Below are positions 1-9,282 of a DNA stretch of 36,987 nucleotides, in pieces. How positions within the stretch are numbered: the first letter of the stretch is position 1; each line of letters opens with the position of its first letter. A model generated the notes under the pieces. The model did no database searches, was not told the origin of the DNA, and worked only from the letters and a program-made list of their open reading frames with translations. Origin of the DNA: a virus; the UHGV virus genome UHGV-0213290; one strand, given 5' to 3'. Both the position numbers and the translations under genes were made by a program.

Positions 1-501
1 TTGGCAAAACAATATTTCATTTTTAAATATTTGCTGTCCTATCGGCATGACGGGGAAAAAGAAAGCGAGGTGAGAAAGATGTGGGTTTCAAGACGAAAAT
101 GGGATTGCTTGCTGTATCGCATCAAAAAGTGTGAAGATGACATCAAAATTCAGAAGGAAAATACGGAGAATTTAATCAGGAATACTGCAAAAAAAATTCT
201 TGAACAACCAGGAGAGTTGCGCGAAGAAATTCAGGGGGTTGAACGTATCGAAAAATATATCGATGAGTTTATAGGTCTTGACGAAGAAAATAAGGATAGA
301 AAGATAAAAAAATTCGATGTATTGAAATCCATTACTAGAGAGAAAGAGTTTTCTAATATGGTATTTGGCTTGATCGAAGTCAAAAAAACTCCTGAAGCAT
401 TTGCAGAACTTCTTGAAGAGGAGATGCCTGAAAAAGAGCTACCTCATTTAAAAGAAGCAGCTCTTAATGGTTATCCGTTGTTTTTCTCTGGCATGCAGTG
501 A
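1..501 (+). CDS. Hypothetical protein, probably 5'-truncated at the window edge
   Basis: Open frame from position 1, charged Lys/Glu-rich sequence, no recognizable motif. Confidence 0.4.
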   Translation: MAKQYFIFKYLLSYRHDGEKESEVRKMWVSRRKWDCLLYRIKKCEDDIKIQKENTENLIRNTAKKILEQPGELREEIQGVERIEKYIDEFIGLDEENKDRKIKKFDVLKSITREKEFSNMVFGLIEVKKTPEAFAELLEEEMPEKELPHLKEAALNGYPLFFSGMQ

Positions 502-728
502 GCGCATCCGTTTCTTCTGATGTCAAGCATGGAAGAAAAAACAACAGCTTCCTCATAGGAACTGCAATTAAAGATATGTTCGGACTTTATATCATTTATG
601 CGGCAGCGCGAGGTTTCGCGGTCTAAATCATGGATTTCACCAGTGTTTTTATTAAGCACATAGCGATTGCCGTTAAATGGTGAATTACAACGTCTCATAA
701 AATCGCTCCTTCCGTAATACTCAGGCAT
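471..728 (-). CDS. Small hypothetical Cys/His-containing protein (85 aa) encoded antisense to the early operon
   Basis: ORF with weak AGGG ribosome-binding site, Cys and His residues (RRCNSP, NGCAHCMPE); no family recognized. Confidence 0.3.
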   Translation of the reverse strand: MPEYYGRSDFMRRCNSPFNGNRYVLNKNTGEIHDLDRETSRCRINDIKSEHIFNCSSYEEAVVFSSMLDIRRNGCAHCMPEKNNG

Positions 729-826
729 GGCAGTGCCCTGTATTTACAGTATAGGAGATAAACAAAAAGAAAGCAATCCCGCCACGGAGGTTACGACGGC
801 AATAAAAGAACAGGAGGTAAAAGGCA

Positions 827-1591
827 TTGAATGAATTATTTGCAATCAACACAGACGGTAGCGAACCAACCGTATCAGCCAGAGATCTTCATAAGGCTCT
901 TGGAATCAGAAAAAGATTTTCTGAATGGTTCGAAAAGAATTCGCAAGGATTTATTGAGAATGAGGATTTTAATGGTGCGTACCTAAAGGTACATAGCAAT
1001 CAGTATGGTGGTGAAAAGGAAGTGCAAGACTACCAAGTCTCAACTGACATGGCAAAGCACATCTGCCTTATGAGTAGAACTGACAAAGGGAGAGAATGCA
1101 GACAAAGATTAATTGACCTCGAGAAAGCATGGAACACACCGGAACAGGTAATGGCAAGAGCCTTAAAGATGGCGGGAAAGACCATCGACAGCCTGAAAGA
1201 CAGGTGCAAATTCCTTGGCGGACAAGTGGTAGAGCAACAGAAGCTAATTGAGGAAATGACACCGAAAGCGAACTATGTTGACCATATTCTGGAGTCAAAA
1301 TCGTTGGTAGCGACTACGCAGATTGCCAAGGACTACGGAATGTCTGCGGTGCGATTTAACCGGATTTTGAATGATATGAAAATCCAATACAAAGTCAACA
1401 AACAGTGGGTGCTCTACTCCAAGTATCAGAATTGCGGCTATGTACATAGTAAAACAATCGATATTACAAGGAGCAACGGAGATCCGGATGTAACAATGCA
1501 GACGCAGTGGACGCAGAAAGGACGCCTGTTTTTATACGAGGAACTAAAGAAAAACGGAATCCATCCAGTAATTGAGCAGAATGCAGCATAA
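827..1591 (+). CDS. Phage antirepressor (AntA/Bro-N-like N-terminus, KilA-C-like C-terminus)
   Basis: N-terminal sequence [27 protein letters not shown] is typical of the AntA/AntB antirepressor N-domain; C-terminal region resembles KilAC; GGAGG ribosome-binding site upstream. Confidence 0.75.
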   Translation: MNELFAINTDGSEPTVSARDLHKALGIRKRFSEWFEKNSQGFIENEDFNGAYLKVHSNQYGGEKEVQDYQVSTDMAKHICLMSRTDKGRECRQRLIDLEKAWNTPEQVMARALKMAGKTIDSLKDRCKFLGGQVVEQQKLIEEMTPKANYVDHILESKSLVATTQIAKDYGMSAVRFNRILNDMKIQYKVNKQWVLYSKYQNCGYVHSKTIDITRSNGDPDVTMQTQWTQKGRLFLYEELKKNGIHPVIEQNAA

Positions 1592-1601
1592 GGAGGTACG
1601 C

Positions 1602-1760
1602 ATGAGCGATAAAGATAAAAAAGAAATTGCAGAAATGGTAAGAAAGGCAAAGCATCTGGCAGAAAATGATCCGCAGGGATTTATGCTCGCTAAAAATAGT
1701 ATAGATATTTTAAAGGCGAGATCAGACATGGATGCAGTAGATGAAAAAGAGAATAACTAG
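1602..1760 (+). CDS. Small hypothetical protein (52 aa)
   Basis: ATG 8 nt after AAGGAGG, directly after the antirepressor stop codon. Confidence 0.4.
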   Translation: MSDKDKKEIAEMVRKAKHLAENDPQGFMLAKNSIDILKARSDMDAVDEKENN

Positions 1761-1813
1761 GACAACATATCTTGGACAATCCATCCGTCATACATATTAG
1801 AGAGGTGGTGCAA

Positions 1814-1945
1814 GTGACTATAAAGAACATTGTAGTAATCAACGGCAAAGAGGTAGAAATCAAGGACTTGCCGGACGCTGAACTGTTTGCAGAAAAGCTA
1901 AACCGGAAAGCTCTGACCGCAAGAAACTATGAGGAAGATAGGTGA
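1814..1945 (+). CDS. Small hypothetical protein (43 aa, GTG start)
   Basis: GTG preceded by AGAGGTGGTG ribosome-binding site, sits in a tight run of + strand small ORFs. Confidence 0.25.
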   Translation: MTIKNIVVINGKEVEIKDLPDAELFAEKLNRKALTARNYEEDR

Positions 1946-1949
1946 TGAC

Positions 1950-2063
1950 ATGAAGCCAGATATGGAAAAAATCATACAAGTGTTGATATCTCTTATCGAA
2001 GAACAAGAACATGTGAAAATTGATTACACACTCGAAAAGAGGACAGAAGAGAAAACCGCTTAG
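1950..2063 (+). CDS. Small hypothetical protein (37 aa)
   Basis: ATG after AGGTGA, no overlap with neighbouring ORFs. Confidence 0.2.
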   Translation: MKPDMEKIIQVLISLIEEQEHVKIDYTLEKRTEEKTA

Positions 2064-2084
2064 GCGGTAGAAAGGAGGACAAGC

Positions 2085-2270
2085 ATGGAGATTAAAGGAA
2101 CATACCGTTGCGATACCACCCAGCATCCAAACACCTTAAATAGCTGGGACATCCGGTCTGTATCGGTAGATCTGCCGGAGCAGGACAAGCCTTACTGGAT
2201 CAGAGCTGGAGTGGCAGTGATCGGGTTTATCTTGGTGCTACTGGCGTGGTATCTGGTGTTTGGGTATTAA
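2085..2270 (+). CDS. Small membrane protein (61 aa, C-terminal transmembrane helix)
   Basis: AAAGGAGG ribosome-binding site; hydrophobic stretch AGVAVIGFILVLLAWYLVFGY. Confidence 0.45.
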   Translation: MEIKGTYRCDTTQHPNTLNSWDIRSVSVDLPEQDKPYWIRAGVAVIGFILVLLAWYLVFGY

Positions 2271-2357
2271 AAATGAGCACCTACAAAAAGGCTGGGGAGC
2301 CGTAGGTACTCTGACAAAAAATCAAGAATATAGTAACAGATTTTAGGAGGATAAGCA

Positions 2358-2621
2358 ATGGATAGAAAGAAAATACATGAACTTTTAGACTTAATTCTCG
2401 AGATCCAGGAACGCGGAGAAGGTAAGGATGGGTACCCTTATGTAAACATTGAATTCTTGAATTACGGTGGCAGAATACTTTTGTCCGCGCAAGAAAACGG
2501 ATTTGTCGCGAATAGAGGTTACGATTTGTTTGACTGGATTGAAACAGATAAGCAACTAGATGATGCAATCGTTTTTGCGAAAGTATTACTGGAAAAAGCA
2601 GTGGATATGGTGGGCGAATAA
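2358..2621 (+). CDS. Hypothetical protein (87 aa)
   Basis: TAGGAGG ribosome-binding site, acidic protein. Confidence 0.5.
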   Translation: MDRKKIHELLDLILEIQERGEGKDGYPYVNIEFLNYGGRILLSAQENGFVANRGYDLFDWIETDKQLDDAIVFAKVLLEKAVDMVGE

Positions 2622-2622
2622 T

Positions 2623-2769
2623 ATGTACGGATATACAGAAGAACTGGAAGAAATAACAGATCAAGAAGCGACTGAAAAAGATAGATATTTTAGGGTGCGC
2701 AAAAGGCACTATCAGAATTATTGCGATTTTATGGAGGAAATAACAAATGGCAACATTATACGAGATTGA
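2623..2769 (+). CDS. Small hypothetical protein (48 aa)
   Basis: ATG 8 nt after GGTGGG, starts 2 nt after the preceding stop codon. Confidence 0.35.
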   Translation: MYGYTEELEEITDQEATEKDRYFRVRKRHYQNYCDFMEEITNGNIIRD

Positions 2770-3211
2770 CGAAGAGATTTTAAATTGTGTAGATCAGGAA
2801 ACAGGCGAGATTATCGACCCAGAAAAGCTGGCACAGTTGCAGATGGATTTTGACAAAAAGGTAGAGGGAATTGCTCTCTGGATCAAAAACCTCTTATCTG
2901 ATGCAGAAGCAATCAAGGCAGAGAAAAACAAACTGGCTGACCGCCAGAAAACATGTGAAAACAAGGCAAGAAACTTGAAAGAATACCTGTCTGGTTATTT
3001 ATGTGGTGAAAAATTTAAGACACCAAGAGTCAGCATTTCTTATCGAAAATCAGAGAGTGTAGAGGTACAGGATATTTCAAAGCTGGATGAAGAATATTTG
3101 AAATTCGTTGATCCCGAGGTGGACAAGACCAAAGTGAAAAAGGCACTGAAAGATGGAATCGAACTCTCTGGCGTTGTATTGGTGCAGAATAATAATATTC
3201 AGATTCGGTAG
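2747..3211 (+). CDS. Siphovirus Gp157-like protein, commonly found next to phage recombinases
   Basis: Size, position immediately upstream of the annealing-protein gene, N-terminal LYEIDEEIL and coiled-coil sequence typical of the Gp157 family. Confidence 0.55.
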   Translation: MATLYEIDEEILNCVDQETGEIIDPEKLAQLQMDFDKKVEGIALWIKNLLSDAEAIKAEKNKLADRQKTCENKARNLKEYLSGYLCGEKFKTPRVSISYRKSESVEVQDISKLDEEYLKFVDPEVDKTKVKKALKDGIELSGVVLVQNNNIQIR

Positions 3212-3220
3212 GTGAGAAAT

Positions 3221-3928
3221 ATGGAATTTAGGACATTAAAGGCAAACGAGATTGAATGTCGGATCGCAACGGTGAAGAGTAATGGGATATCACTATTACT
3301 ATACAAAGATGCAAGGTGCGATATGAATATCTTGGATGAAACTGTTGGAAAGTTAAATTGGAAAAGAGAACATAGCAGAGACAACGCAAACTGCACCGTG
3401 AGTATATGGGATGATGATAAAGGTATCTGGGTTTCCAAAGAAGATACAGGAACGGAAAGCTTTACTGAAAAACAGAAAGGTCTTGCATCCGACAGCTTTA
3501 AGAGAGCTTGCTTTAACTGGGGAATCGGAAGAGAGTTATATACCGCTCCGTTTATTTGGATCCCATCCGATAAATGCGAAATTTCCGCGAAACAGAATGG
3601 TAATGGAAGCACTTGTTATGATCGTTTTCGAGTAAGCTATGTTGGTTATGACAAAGAAAGGAACATAGATGCCCTGAAAATCGAAAATGAGAAAACCGGA
3701 AAAGTAGTATTTTCGCTTGGTAGAAATGCCGGAAATTATAATCCTGCTAATCAAGAAGAATCTCTCAAAAACTATGTGACCGAATCACAGGTAAAAACAC
3801 TGGAAATTTGCATTCCTAAGCATAAGCAGACAATAGCGAATGTGTGTCGGGTTTATAATGTGTCTGGTTTGCGAGAACTGACAGTGGAGCAATTTAAAAA
3901 GCTTATGAGAAATATGGGAGAAGAATAA
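3221..3928 (+). CDS. Single-strand annealing protein, Rad52/Sak family
   Basis: Follows Gp157; sequence features (CRIATVKSNGISLLLYKDAR...NWGIGRELY) resemble Rad52/22-like phage Sak proteins; ATG at 3221 has a better ribosome-binding site than the GTG at 3212. Confidence 0.65.
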   Translation: MEFRTLKANEIECRIATVKSNGISLLLYKDARCDMNILDETVGKLNWKREHSRDNANCTVSIWDDDKGIWVSKEDTGTESFTEKQKGLASDSFKRACFNWGIGRELYTAPFIWIPSDKCEISAKQNGNGSTCYDRFRVSYVGYDKERNIDALKIENEKTGKVVFSLGRNAGNYNPANQEESLKNYVTESQVKTLEICIPKHKQTIANVCRVYNVSGLRELTVEQFKKLMRNMGEE

Positions 3929-4479
3929 TGAGGTTTACAGGAAGATTGAAAGAACCTGTCGCAGATTATCACAGTGGAAAGCTGACCATTCTATTCGAGC
4001 CTATAGAGGACTTCCGACAAGCCTACGATGAACTGAAAGATTATGAGAAATTAACGCTTGAAATAAAGCCGTACAGAGCAAAGAGAAGCCTTGACGCGAA
4101 CTCTTATTTGTGGGTGTTACTCGATAAATTAGCGGAAAAGTTGGACATCACTAGGTGGCAAGCGTACCTAAATGAATTAAAATCCCACGGTGCTTTTGAG
4201 TACATACCGCTCCGGGAAAAAGACATCTATCTGGCACAGTCAGTGTTCCGGATTGTGATAGATCGTGGAGCACAGGAAGTAAAAGACCTAAAAGGGAGAA
4301 CTGAAACATTACACACTCTGCAATGCTACAAAGGGTCAAGCAAGTATAACACAAAAGAAATGAGCAGACTCATCAAAGGCGTGTTGGAAGATTGCAGAGA
4401 GGTTGGAATACCAGATGCAGACCTTTTGACCCCAGATGAAAAAGAAGAGCTTAGACAAAAATGGGGGATTGAACTGTGA
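3928..4479 (+). CDS. ninB: NinB/Orf-family recombination mediator
   Basis: RSLDANSYLWVLLDKL matches the lambda Orf core motif RSLDQNRKLWACLGDV; TAATG translational coupling with the upstream gene. Confidence 0.6.
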   Translation: MRFTGRLKEPVADYHSGKLTILFEPIEDFRQAYDELKDYEKLTLEIKPYRAKRSLDANSYLWVLLDKLAEKLDITRWQAYLNELKSHGAFEYIPLREKDIYLAQSVFRIVIDRGAQEVKDLKGRTETLHTLQCYKGSSKYNTKEMSRLIKGVLEDCREVGIPDADLLTPDEKEELRQKWGIEL

Positions 4480-4856
4480 GCATTGATTACAGTAACATGG
4501 CATTCCCTAAGCCGAAGCGCAAGAAAAAGAAAAAAGGTCATCAGAGGACGTCCGGCAGACCAAAGAAGCTGTGGAGCATATTCACAGAGGATATGGATCA
4601 CTGCATGTACACCGGAGTTTACGGAGTGGAGAGGCATCATGTTTTTAGTCACACATCGAAAGAAATTGAACTTTCGGAGGATTATGGTTTTATCGCTCCA
4701 TTGAGACCAGACCTGCATCCAAACGGAACAAGGGCAGGGGAGAATGCATCAAAAGTTGACCGATACTTAAGAAAACGCTGCAAAGAGTATTATTTGCAGC
4801 ACTACGGAACAGAAGAGCAGTTCCGACAAGAATTTCACTATGTTAGCAAAGGGTAA
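4476..4856 (+). CDS. Hypothetical basic protein, possibly an HNH/His-Me-finger-like nuclease
   Basis: GTG start overlapping the upstream stop codon (GTGA); Lys-rich N-terminus; CMYTG...ERHHVF...HPNG resembles a degenerate HNH motif. Confidence 0.4.
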   Translation: MSIDYSNMAFPKPKRKKKKKGHQRTSGRPKKLWSIFTEDMDHCMYTGVYGVERHHVFSHTSKEIELSEDYGFIAPLRPDLHPNGTRAGENASKVDRYLRKRCKEYYLQHYGTEEQFRQEFHYVSKG

Positions 4857-4969
4857 CCTTTCGCTATAAATTGTAACCCGTTCATGGCTGCTGCACAGTA
4901 CGTCACAAATACCTTAAGTAAGCCAGATTCATTGTCTCCCGGTAATTCCGGGAGCAGAAAGGAGAATAA

Positions 4970-5380
4970 ATGGTAATTACAATTCCGGGCAAACCGGTTG
5001 GAAAAGCAAGACCGAGATTCCGCAGAGCCGGATTTAAAGTCATTACATATACGCCAGACGAAAGCAAAAAATACGAAAAGGAAGTTGCAAGGATTTACAA
5101 GCAGAGTATAGGCGTGCTTTACACGGACATCCCTCTGAGAGTTCGAATTTTAGCGAAATTTCCGATTCCAGAGAGCTGGTCTAAGAAGAATAAGGATAGG
5201 GCTTTAAAAGGAGAAATGAAGCCGAATAAGAAGCCTGACTTAGACAACATTGCAAAAATCATTCTGGATGGCCTGAATGGAGTCGCATATACGGATGATA
5301 AGCAGGTAACCAGTCTGGAGATTGAAAAAGTGTACTCGGATACACCTTGCGTGGTGGTCTATATTGCGGAGGATGAGTAA
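4970..5380 (+). CDS. rusA: RusA Holliday-junction resolvase
   Basis: GKPVGKARPRF start, KPDLDNIAKIILDGLNGVAYTDDKQV catalytic region typical of RusA; AAAGGAG ribosome-binding site. Confidence 0.85.
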   Translation: MVITIPGKPVGKARPRFRRAGFKVITYTPDESKKYEKEVARIYKQSIGVLYTDIPLRVRILAKFPIPESWSKKNKDRALKGEMKPNKKPDLDNIAKIILDGLNGVAYTDDKQVTSLEIEKVYSDTPCVVVYIAEDE

Positions 5381-6249
5381 TGGCAGAGGTGAAGTGGATC
5401 AAGATAGCAACGGATATCTTTGATGATGAAAAGATATTGCTGATAGAGAGTTTACCGGATGCTTATGCAATTATAACAGTCTGGTTCAAGTTGCTATGTC
5501 TTGCCGGGAAAAAGAATAACGGTGGTGTATTCCTGATGAATGACAAGATTCCCTACACAGACAAGATGCTGGCAACAATCTTTAGAATGAATGAATCCAC
5601 TGTAAAGTTGGCTTTGAATGCGTTTGAGCAATTTAAAATGATTGAGATAGTGGAGGGAATAATCACGATCCCGAACTGGAATAAGCACCAGACATTGGAT
5701 GCTTATGAACGGAAAAAAGAGCGTGACAGGCTGTACCAAGAGGAAAGAAGAGCCAAACAAAGAGCTTTGATCGAAAAATCGTCTGACAAGTCGTCTGAAA
5801 GAACGTCTGACGTCGCTGTTTCAGATATAGATAAAGAAGAAGATAAAGAAAAAGATAATAATATATATGTCCCGTACAAAGAGATCATAACTTACCTGAA
5901 TGAAAAGACAGGCAAGAAACTAAGGTGGGATGTTAAGAGTAACCAGAAGGAAATAAAAGCCAGATTCAATGAAGGATACACTCTGGATGACTTTAAGACG
6001 GTGATTGATAAAAAATACCATGAGTGGGGCAGAAAGCCGACAAAAGAGGAATTACAGCGCGGCATTAAGGATATGAGGATATATCTAAGACCAAAAACCC
6101 TGTTCGGCAGTAATTTCGATGTTTATCTTAACCAAGAGCAGACGGAAAAAATGCCAGCAAAACCGCCAGTAAGCAGAAATCTAAACAACTTTGAGCGCAG
6201 AGAATACGACATGGACTCTCTGGAAGAGCAGCTGTTGAATTCGAATTAA
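5380..6249 (+). CDS. Phage replisome organizer (phage_rep_org_N domain, conserved phage C-terminus)
   Basis: N-terminus WIKIATDIFDDEKI...ITVWFKLLCLAGK is typical of the replisome organizer N-domain; C-terminal YLNEKTGKK...DFKTVIDKKY region is DnaD-like; TAATG coupling. Confidence 0.7.
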   Translation: MAEVKWIKIATDIFDDEKILLIESLPDAYAIITVWFKLLCLAGKKNNGGVFLMNDKIPYTDKMLATIFRMNESTVKLALNAFEQFKMIEIVEGIITIPNWNKHQTLDAYERKKERDRLYQEERRAKQRALIEKSSDKSSERTSDVAVSDIDKEEDKEKDNNIYVPYKEIITYLNEKTGKKLRWDVKSNQKEIKARFNEGYTLDDFKTVIDKKYHEWGRKPTKEELQRGIKDMRIYLRPKTLFGSNFDVYLNQEQTEKMPAKPPVSRNLNNFERREYDMDSLEEQLLNSN

Positions 6250-6260
6250 GGAGGAACAAA

Positions 6261-6992
6261 ATGAAAGAAGAATTATTAAAAATGGCACAGGAGTGTCTCT
6301 CCGAGGAAGAAGTAAAGGAAATACTCAAAAAGAAATTTAAGGAATCGATAGAATCGGCAATAGGATCAGCGTTTAGATGGGGAGATGCGGAAAAGGCACT
6401 GAAGAAAAAGATAAACGATGTCATGGTGCCGTACATAGAGAAGTATGATTTTTCGGAATACCTTCCAAAGTTGGATACGGTGCTTACAGAAATCGTAAAT
6501 TCCGATGCTTGCATTGAGAATAAAAAGATTCTAGAAAATTTTAAGGAATTATCAATCAAGCAGGAAGAAAAAGAAATGGAAGTCACGGATCTGTTTGATG
6601 CATGGATTGCAATGTGCGAAAAGAAGATCAGTACAACTGGTCTGGAAGTGGAGTTTGACGATGGATCACACTACGAATCGGTCAGTTGCGAGATGCTAAT
6701 AGAAGAGTGTGAAAGATCTACTTGGAGCTCCCTGCATAGGGCGGTAATCATTTTCGAAAACGAACACGATGAAGAGTTGAATATGGAAATTCCGATATCG
6801 AAATGGGATTTTGAGAAAGAGTATACACTTGACAGTTTGGGATGTGTAGACATTAAGTCGTTGAGATACCTTGGGGAATTTGACATGCTGTTGCTGAGAT
6901 TACAAAGAGCGGGAACGAAAATCATCATAAACGAAATGGAAGCAGGTGGAGAAATATGTCCAGAGGAAGAGCCGGAAGTAAGTTTCAGTTAG
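6261..6992 (+). CDS. Hypothetical acidic protein (243 aa)
   Basis: AAGGAGG ribosome-binding site; no family recognized. Confidence 0.5.
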   Translation: MKEELLKMAQECLSEEEVKEILKKKFKESIESAIGSAFRWGDAEKALKKKINDVMVPYIEKYDFSEYLPKLDTVLTEIVNSDACIENKKILENFKELSIKQEEKEMEVTDLFDAWIAMCEKKISTTGLEVEFDDGSHYESVSCEMLIEECERSTWSSLHRAVIIFENEHDEELNMEIPISKWDFEKEYTLDSLGCVDIKSLRYLGEFDMLLLRLQRAGTKIIINEMEAGGEICPEEEPEVSFS

Positions 6993-7001
6993 GAGGCAAA
7001 C

Positions 7002-7130
7002 ATGAACAGAAAAAGATACGGTTTTAGAGTCTATAGGAAACAGTCTACCGGATTGAGACACGGAAATATGGATGCGTTTACGCGCGGCAGCACAAAGCGG
7101 AAGAGAAAGAATAGGGTGAGAGGGAAATGA
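7002..7130 (+). CDS. Small, very basic hypothetical protein (42 aa)
   Basis: TTAGGAGG ribosome-binding site 6 nt upstream; ATGA overlap with the next gene. Confidence 0.25.
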   Translation: MNRKRYGFRVYRKQSTGLRHGNMDAFTRGSTKRKRKNRVRGK

Positions 7131-7393
7131 GTAGACCAGGACACTTTCTGGATCCCTACAAGTTCCAGATCGAAGAGATGGTAAAACTCGGATGCACGGA
7201 TGAGCATATTCATAAAGTTTTGCATGACATTCAGAAAGTGGAATTTACGAGAGATGATCTTATCCGGTACATGGATAAGACTGGGATCCGGAAAAGAAGA
7301 GCAGCGAAAAGATGGACGCGGAGCAAAGAAGTTGAGTGGGAAGGACTTTGCAAGCAGTTGCGAGGGAATAAGAAGAAAATAAGCGAAAAATAG
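7127..7393 (+). CDS. Hypothetical protein (88 aa)
   Basis: ORF in the operon, basic C-terminus. Confidence 0.45.
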   Translation: MSRPGHFLDPYKFQIEEMVKLGCTDEHIHKVLHDIQKVEFTRDDLIRYMDKTGIRKRRAAKRWTRSKEVEWEGLCKQLRGNKKKISEK

Positions 7394-7443
7394 AAAGGAG
7401 CCAGCCTCCGGCCGGGGCAAGGGTATACCGGGCTTCTGAGAAA

Positions 7444-8328
7444 ATGGATAAAGAGAAAAAAGCAATCGAAAGAATTAAAATGGCAAGTGAAATGAGTCTA
7501 CATCACTATGGTAGACCGCTTGTTTGTACGTATAGCGGCGGCAAGGATAGTGATGTGATGTTAGAGATTTTTAAGCGATCCGGAATCCCGTTTGAAGTGC
7601 ATAACAGCCATACAACGGCAGACGCACCACAGACAGTTCGGCATATTCGGGAGGTATCCCGAGAACTGGAACTGCATGGAATTAAGTGCGAAATAGAAAA
7701 ACCACGCTATAAAGGAAAACCGATTAGCATGTGGAGGTTAATTCCCGAAAAACTTATACCGCCGACAAGAATGGTAAGATATTGTTGCTCTGTGCTGAAA
7801 GAAACTGGATGTTCAAACCGGTATATCGCAACCGGAGTGAGATGGGATGAAAGTGCTTCCAGGATGAAAAGAGAAGAGTTTGAAAAAATTGGACGAACCA
7901 AAAAGGAGAAAGAAAAATTCACAAAGATAATGTTGATGAATGATAACAATTCGCAAAGAAGAATGAGCGAATTGTGCATGCAGCAAAATAAGATGATTGT
8001 AAATCCTATTATAGATTGGACGCATAGTGATATCTGGGAATATATAAATTCCGAGAAAATAGAGACGTGCGAACTGTACCAGTGCGGATACGATCGTATT
8101 GGATGCATTGGGTGCGCGCTGGCAGGAAAAAAACGATACAAAGAATTTGCAGATTTCCCGGAATACAAGAAACTGTATATCCACGCATTTGCCAGAATGT
8201 TGGAAGAACGTAAAAGACGTGGAAAAGAATGTAAATGGAAGTCAGGAGAAGAAGTATTTCTATGGTGGATGGAAGACGAGAACGTGCCGGGACAGATGAG
8301 CATAGAAGATTTTATTACGGAGGAATGA
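7444..8328 (+). CDS. PAPS-reductase-family protein with C-terminal Cys cluster (DndC/phage ParB-partner type)
   Basis: PP-loop motif CTYSGGKDS near the N-terminus; C-terminal CELYQCGYDRIGCIGC (C-x4-C-x6-C-x2-C) consistent with an Fe-S cluster. Confidence 0.8.
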   Translation: MDKEKKAIERIKMASEMSLHHYGRPLVCTYSGGKDSDVMLEIFKRSGIPFEVHNSHTTADAPQTVRHIREVSRELELHGIKCEIEKPRYKGKPISMWRLIPEKLIPPTRMVRYCCSVLKETGCSNRYIATGVRWDESASRMKREEFEKIGRTKKEKEKFTKIMLMNDNNSQRRMSELCMQQNKMIVNPIIDWTHSDIWEYINSEKIETCELYQCGYDRIGCIGCALAGKKRYKEFADFPEYKKLYIHAFARMLEERKRRGKECKWKSGEEVFLWWMEDENVPGQMSIEDFITEE

Positions 8329-8331
8329 CTG

Positions 8332-8514
8332 ATGACAAAAACAGAAGAAACACGCTTGCGAAAAGGTGACACGATCAAATGCGCTGATGCAGAGGATTGC
8401 GTGAGGACAATGACCGAATTGGCGGTCTGCGGGATAGAGACGGATTTCCTGTATGAAAAAGATGGAGAGAGTGGTTTATGGTTGAAAATAACGGGAGGAA
8501 AATTAGATGGATGA
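8332..8514 (+). CDS. Hypothetical protein (60 aa)
   Basis: GGAGG ribosome-binding site. Confidence 0.35.
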   Translation: MTKTEETRLRKGDTIKCADAEDCVRTMTELAVCGIETDFLYEKDGESGLWLKITGGKLDG

Positions 8515-8701
8515 GAAGAAAGCTAAAGAAGCAATATACTGCATGAAATCATTTGTGGATTATACAATGTGTGAAAAATGCAATAACTATGATAGATGCG
8601 ATCATACAATGGTTGCTGATAATGCGAGAATAGCAATCGAAGCATTAGAAAAACAGTTGCCGAAGAGACCTAGGGAAATGGAACAGGAGAATGAACGATG
8701 A
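8507..8701 (+). CDS. Small Cys-rich hypothetical protein (64 aa)
   Basis: GGGAGG ribosome-binding site; CMKSFVDYTMCEKCNNYDRCDH, possibly metal-binding. Confidence 0.4.
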   Translation: MDEKKAKEAIYCMKSFVDYTMCEKCNNYDRCDHTMVADNARIAIEALEKQLPKRPREMEQENER

Positions 8702-9012
8702 AAAATTATGACCCGAATATGAGCAGTGGAATACACACCATAAAAATCACATTGCAAATATGGGATTATGTAGGACACATCATACATAAAGTCGGCGGAA
8801 ACTGTAAAGGGATGAACGTCCTGGAATTTGATTTTGAATGTTGGGATGGGTTTGAGGAAAATGATTGCCACATTGAATATCACGAAGATTGTGGCTATTT
8901 CACGTGCGTTTTGAAAAATTCTTATGGAGATACATTATCTTGTGGGTGTGACGCAAGTGAAATGAATGACATGATCGTTGCGATTGAAATCTTAGATTAT
9001 ACGGAGGAATAG
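8698..9012 (+). CDS. Cys-rich hypothetical protein (104 aa)
   Basis: ATGA overlap with the upstream gene; multiple Cys residues. Confidence 0.45.
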   Translation: MKNYDPNMSSGIHTIKITLQIWDYVGHIIHKVGGNCKGMNVLEFDFECWDGFEENDCHIEYHEDCGYFTCVLKNSYGDTLSCGCDASEMNDMIVAIEILDYTEE

Positions 9013-9013
9013 T

Positions 9014-9256
9014 ATGACTGGTAGAGAATTAAGCGAAAAATTGAATTATTTAGGGATGGAAAGAAAAGTTAGAAAATTAGCGCTTGAAGAAAAAATGGAA
9101 ACAGCGGAAAAAATTGCAGTAATGTCAACAATGGAAGTTTGCAATCTGGTTTCGAACGAGTATGAAATCGTATATAGCGAAAATGAAGAAATTGGGTTGG
9201 TTCACAAAGATAATCTGAAAGAGTATTCTGCACTTGTAAAAATCATTTCACGTTAA
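9014..9256 (+). CDS. Hypothetical protein (80 aa)
   Basis: ACGGAGG ribosome-binding site. Confidence 0.45.
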   Translation: MTGRELSEKLNYLGMERKVRKLALEEKMETAEKIAVMSTMEVCNLVSNEYEIVYSENEEIGLVHKDNLKEYSALVKIISR

Positions 9257-9282
9257 TTCGAATTTTGGTGGAGGGACAGCAA

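Noticed and set aside
4528-4545. A/G-rich run AAGAAAAAGAAAAAAGG as a possible slippery or recoding site
   Set aside because: It simply encodes a poly-Lys stretch (KRKKKKKG), and no alternative-frame ORF continues from it.
7707-8378. Long minus-strand ORFs antisense to well-supported + strand genes (for example 7707-8378, 23638-24054, 30132-30590, 31000-31728, 19889-20347)
   Set aside because: They lie entirely inside high-confidence + strand phage genes, lack ribosome-binding sites, and have low-complexity translations typical of antisense reading of AT-rich coding sequence.
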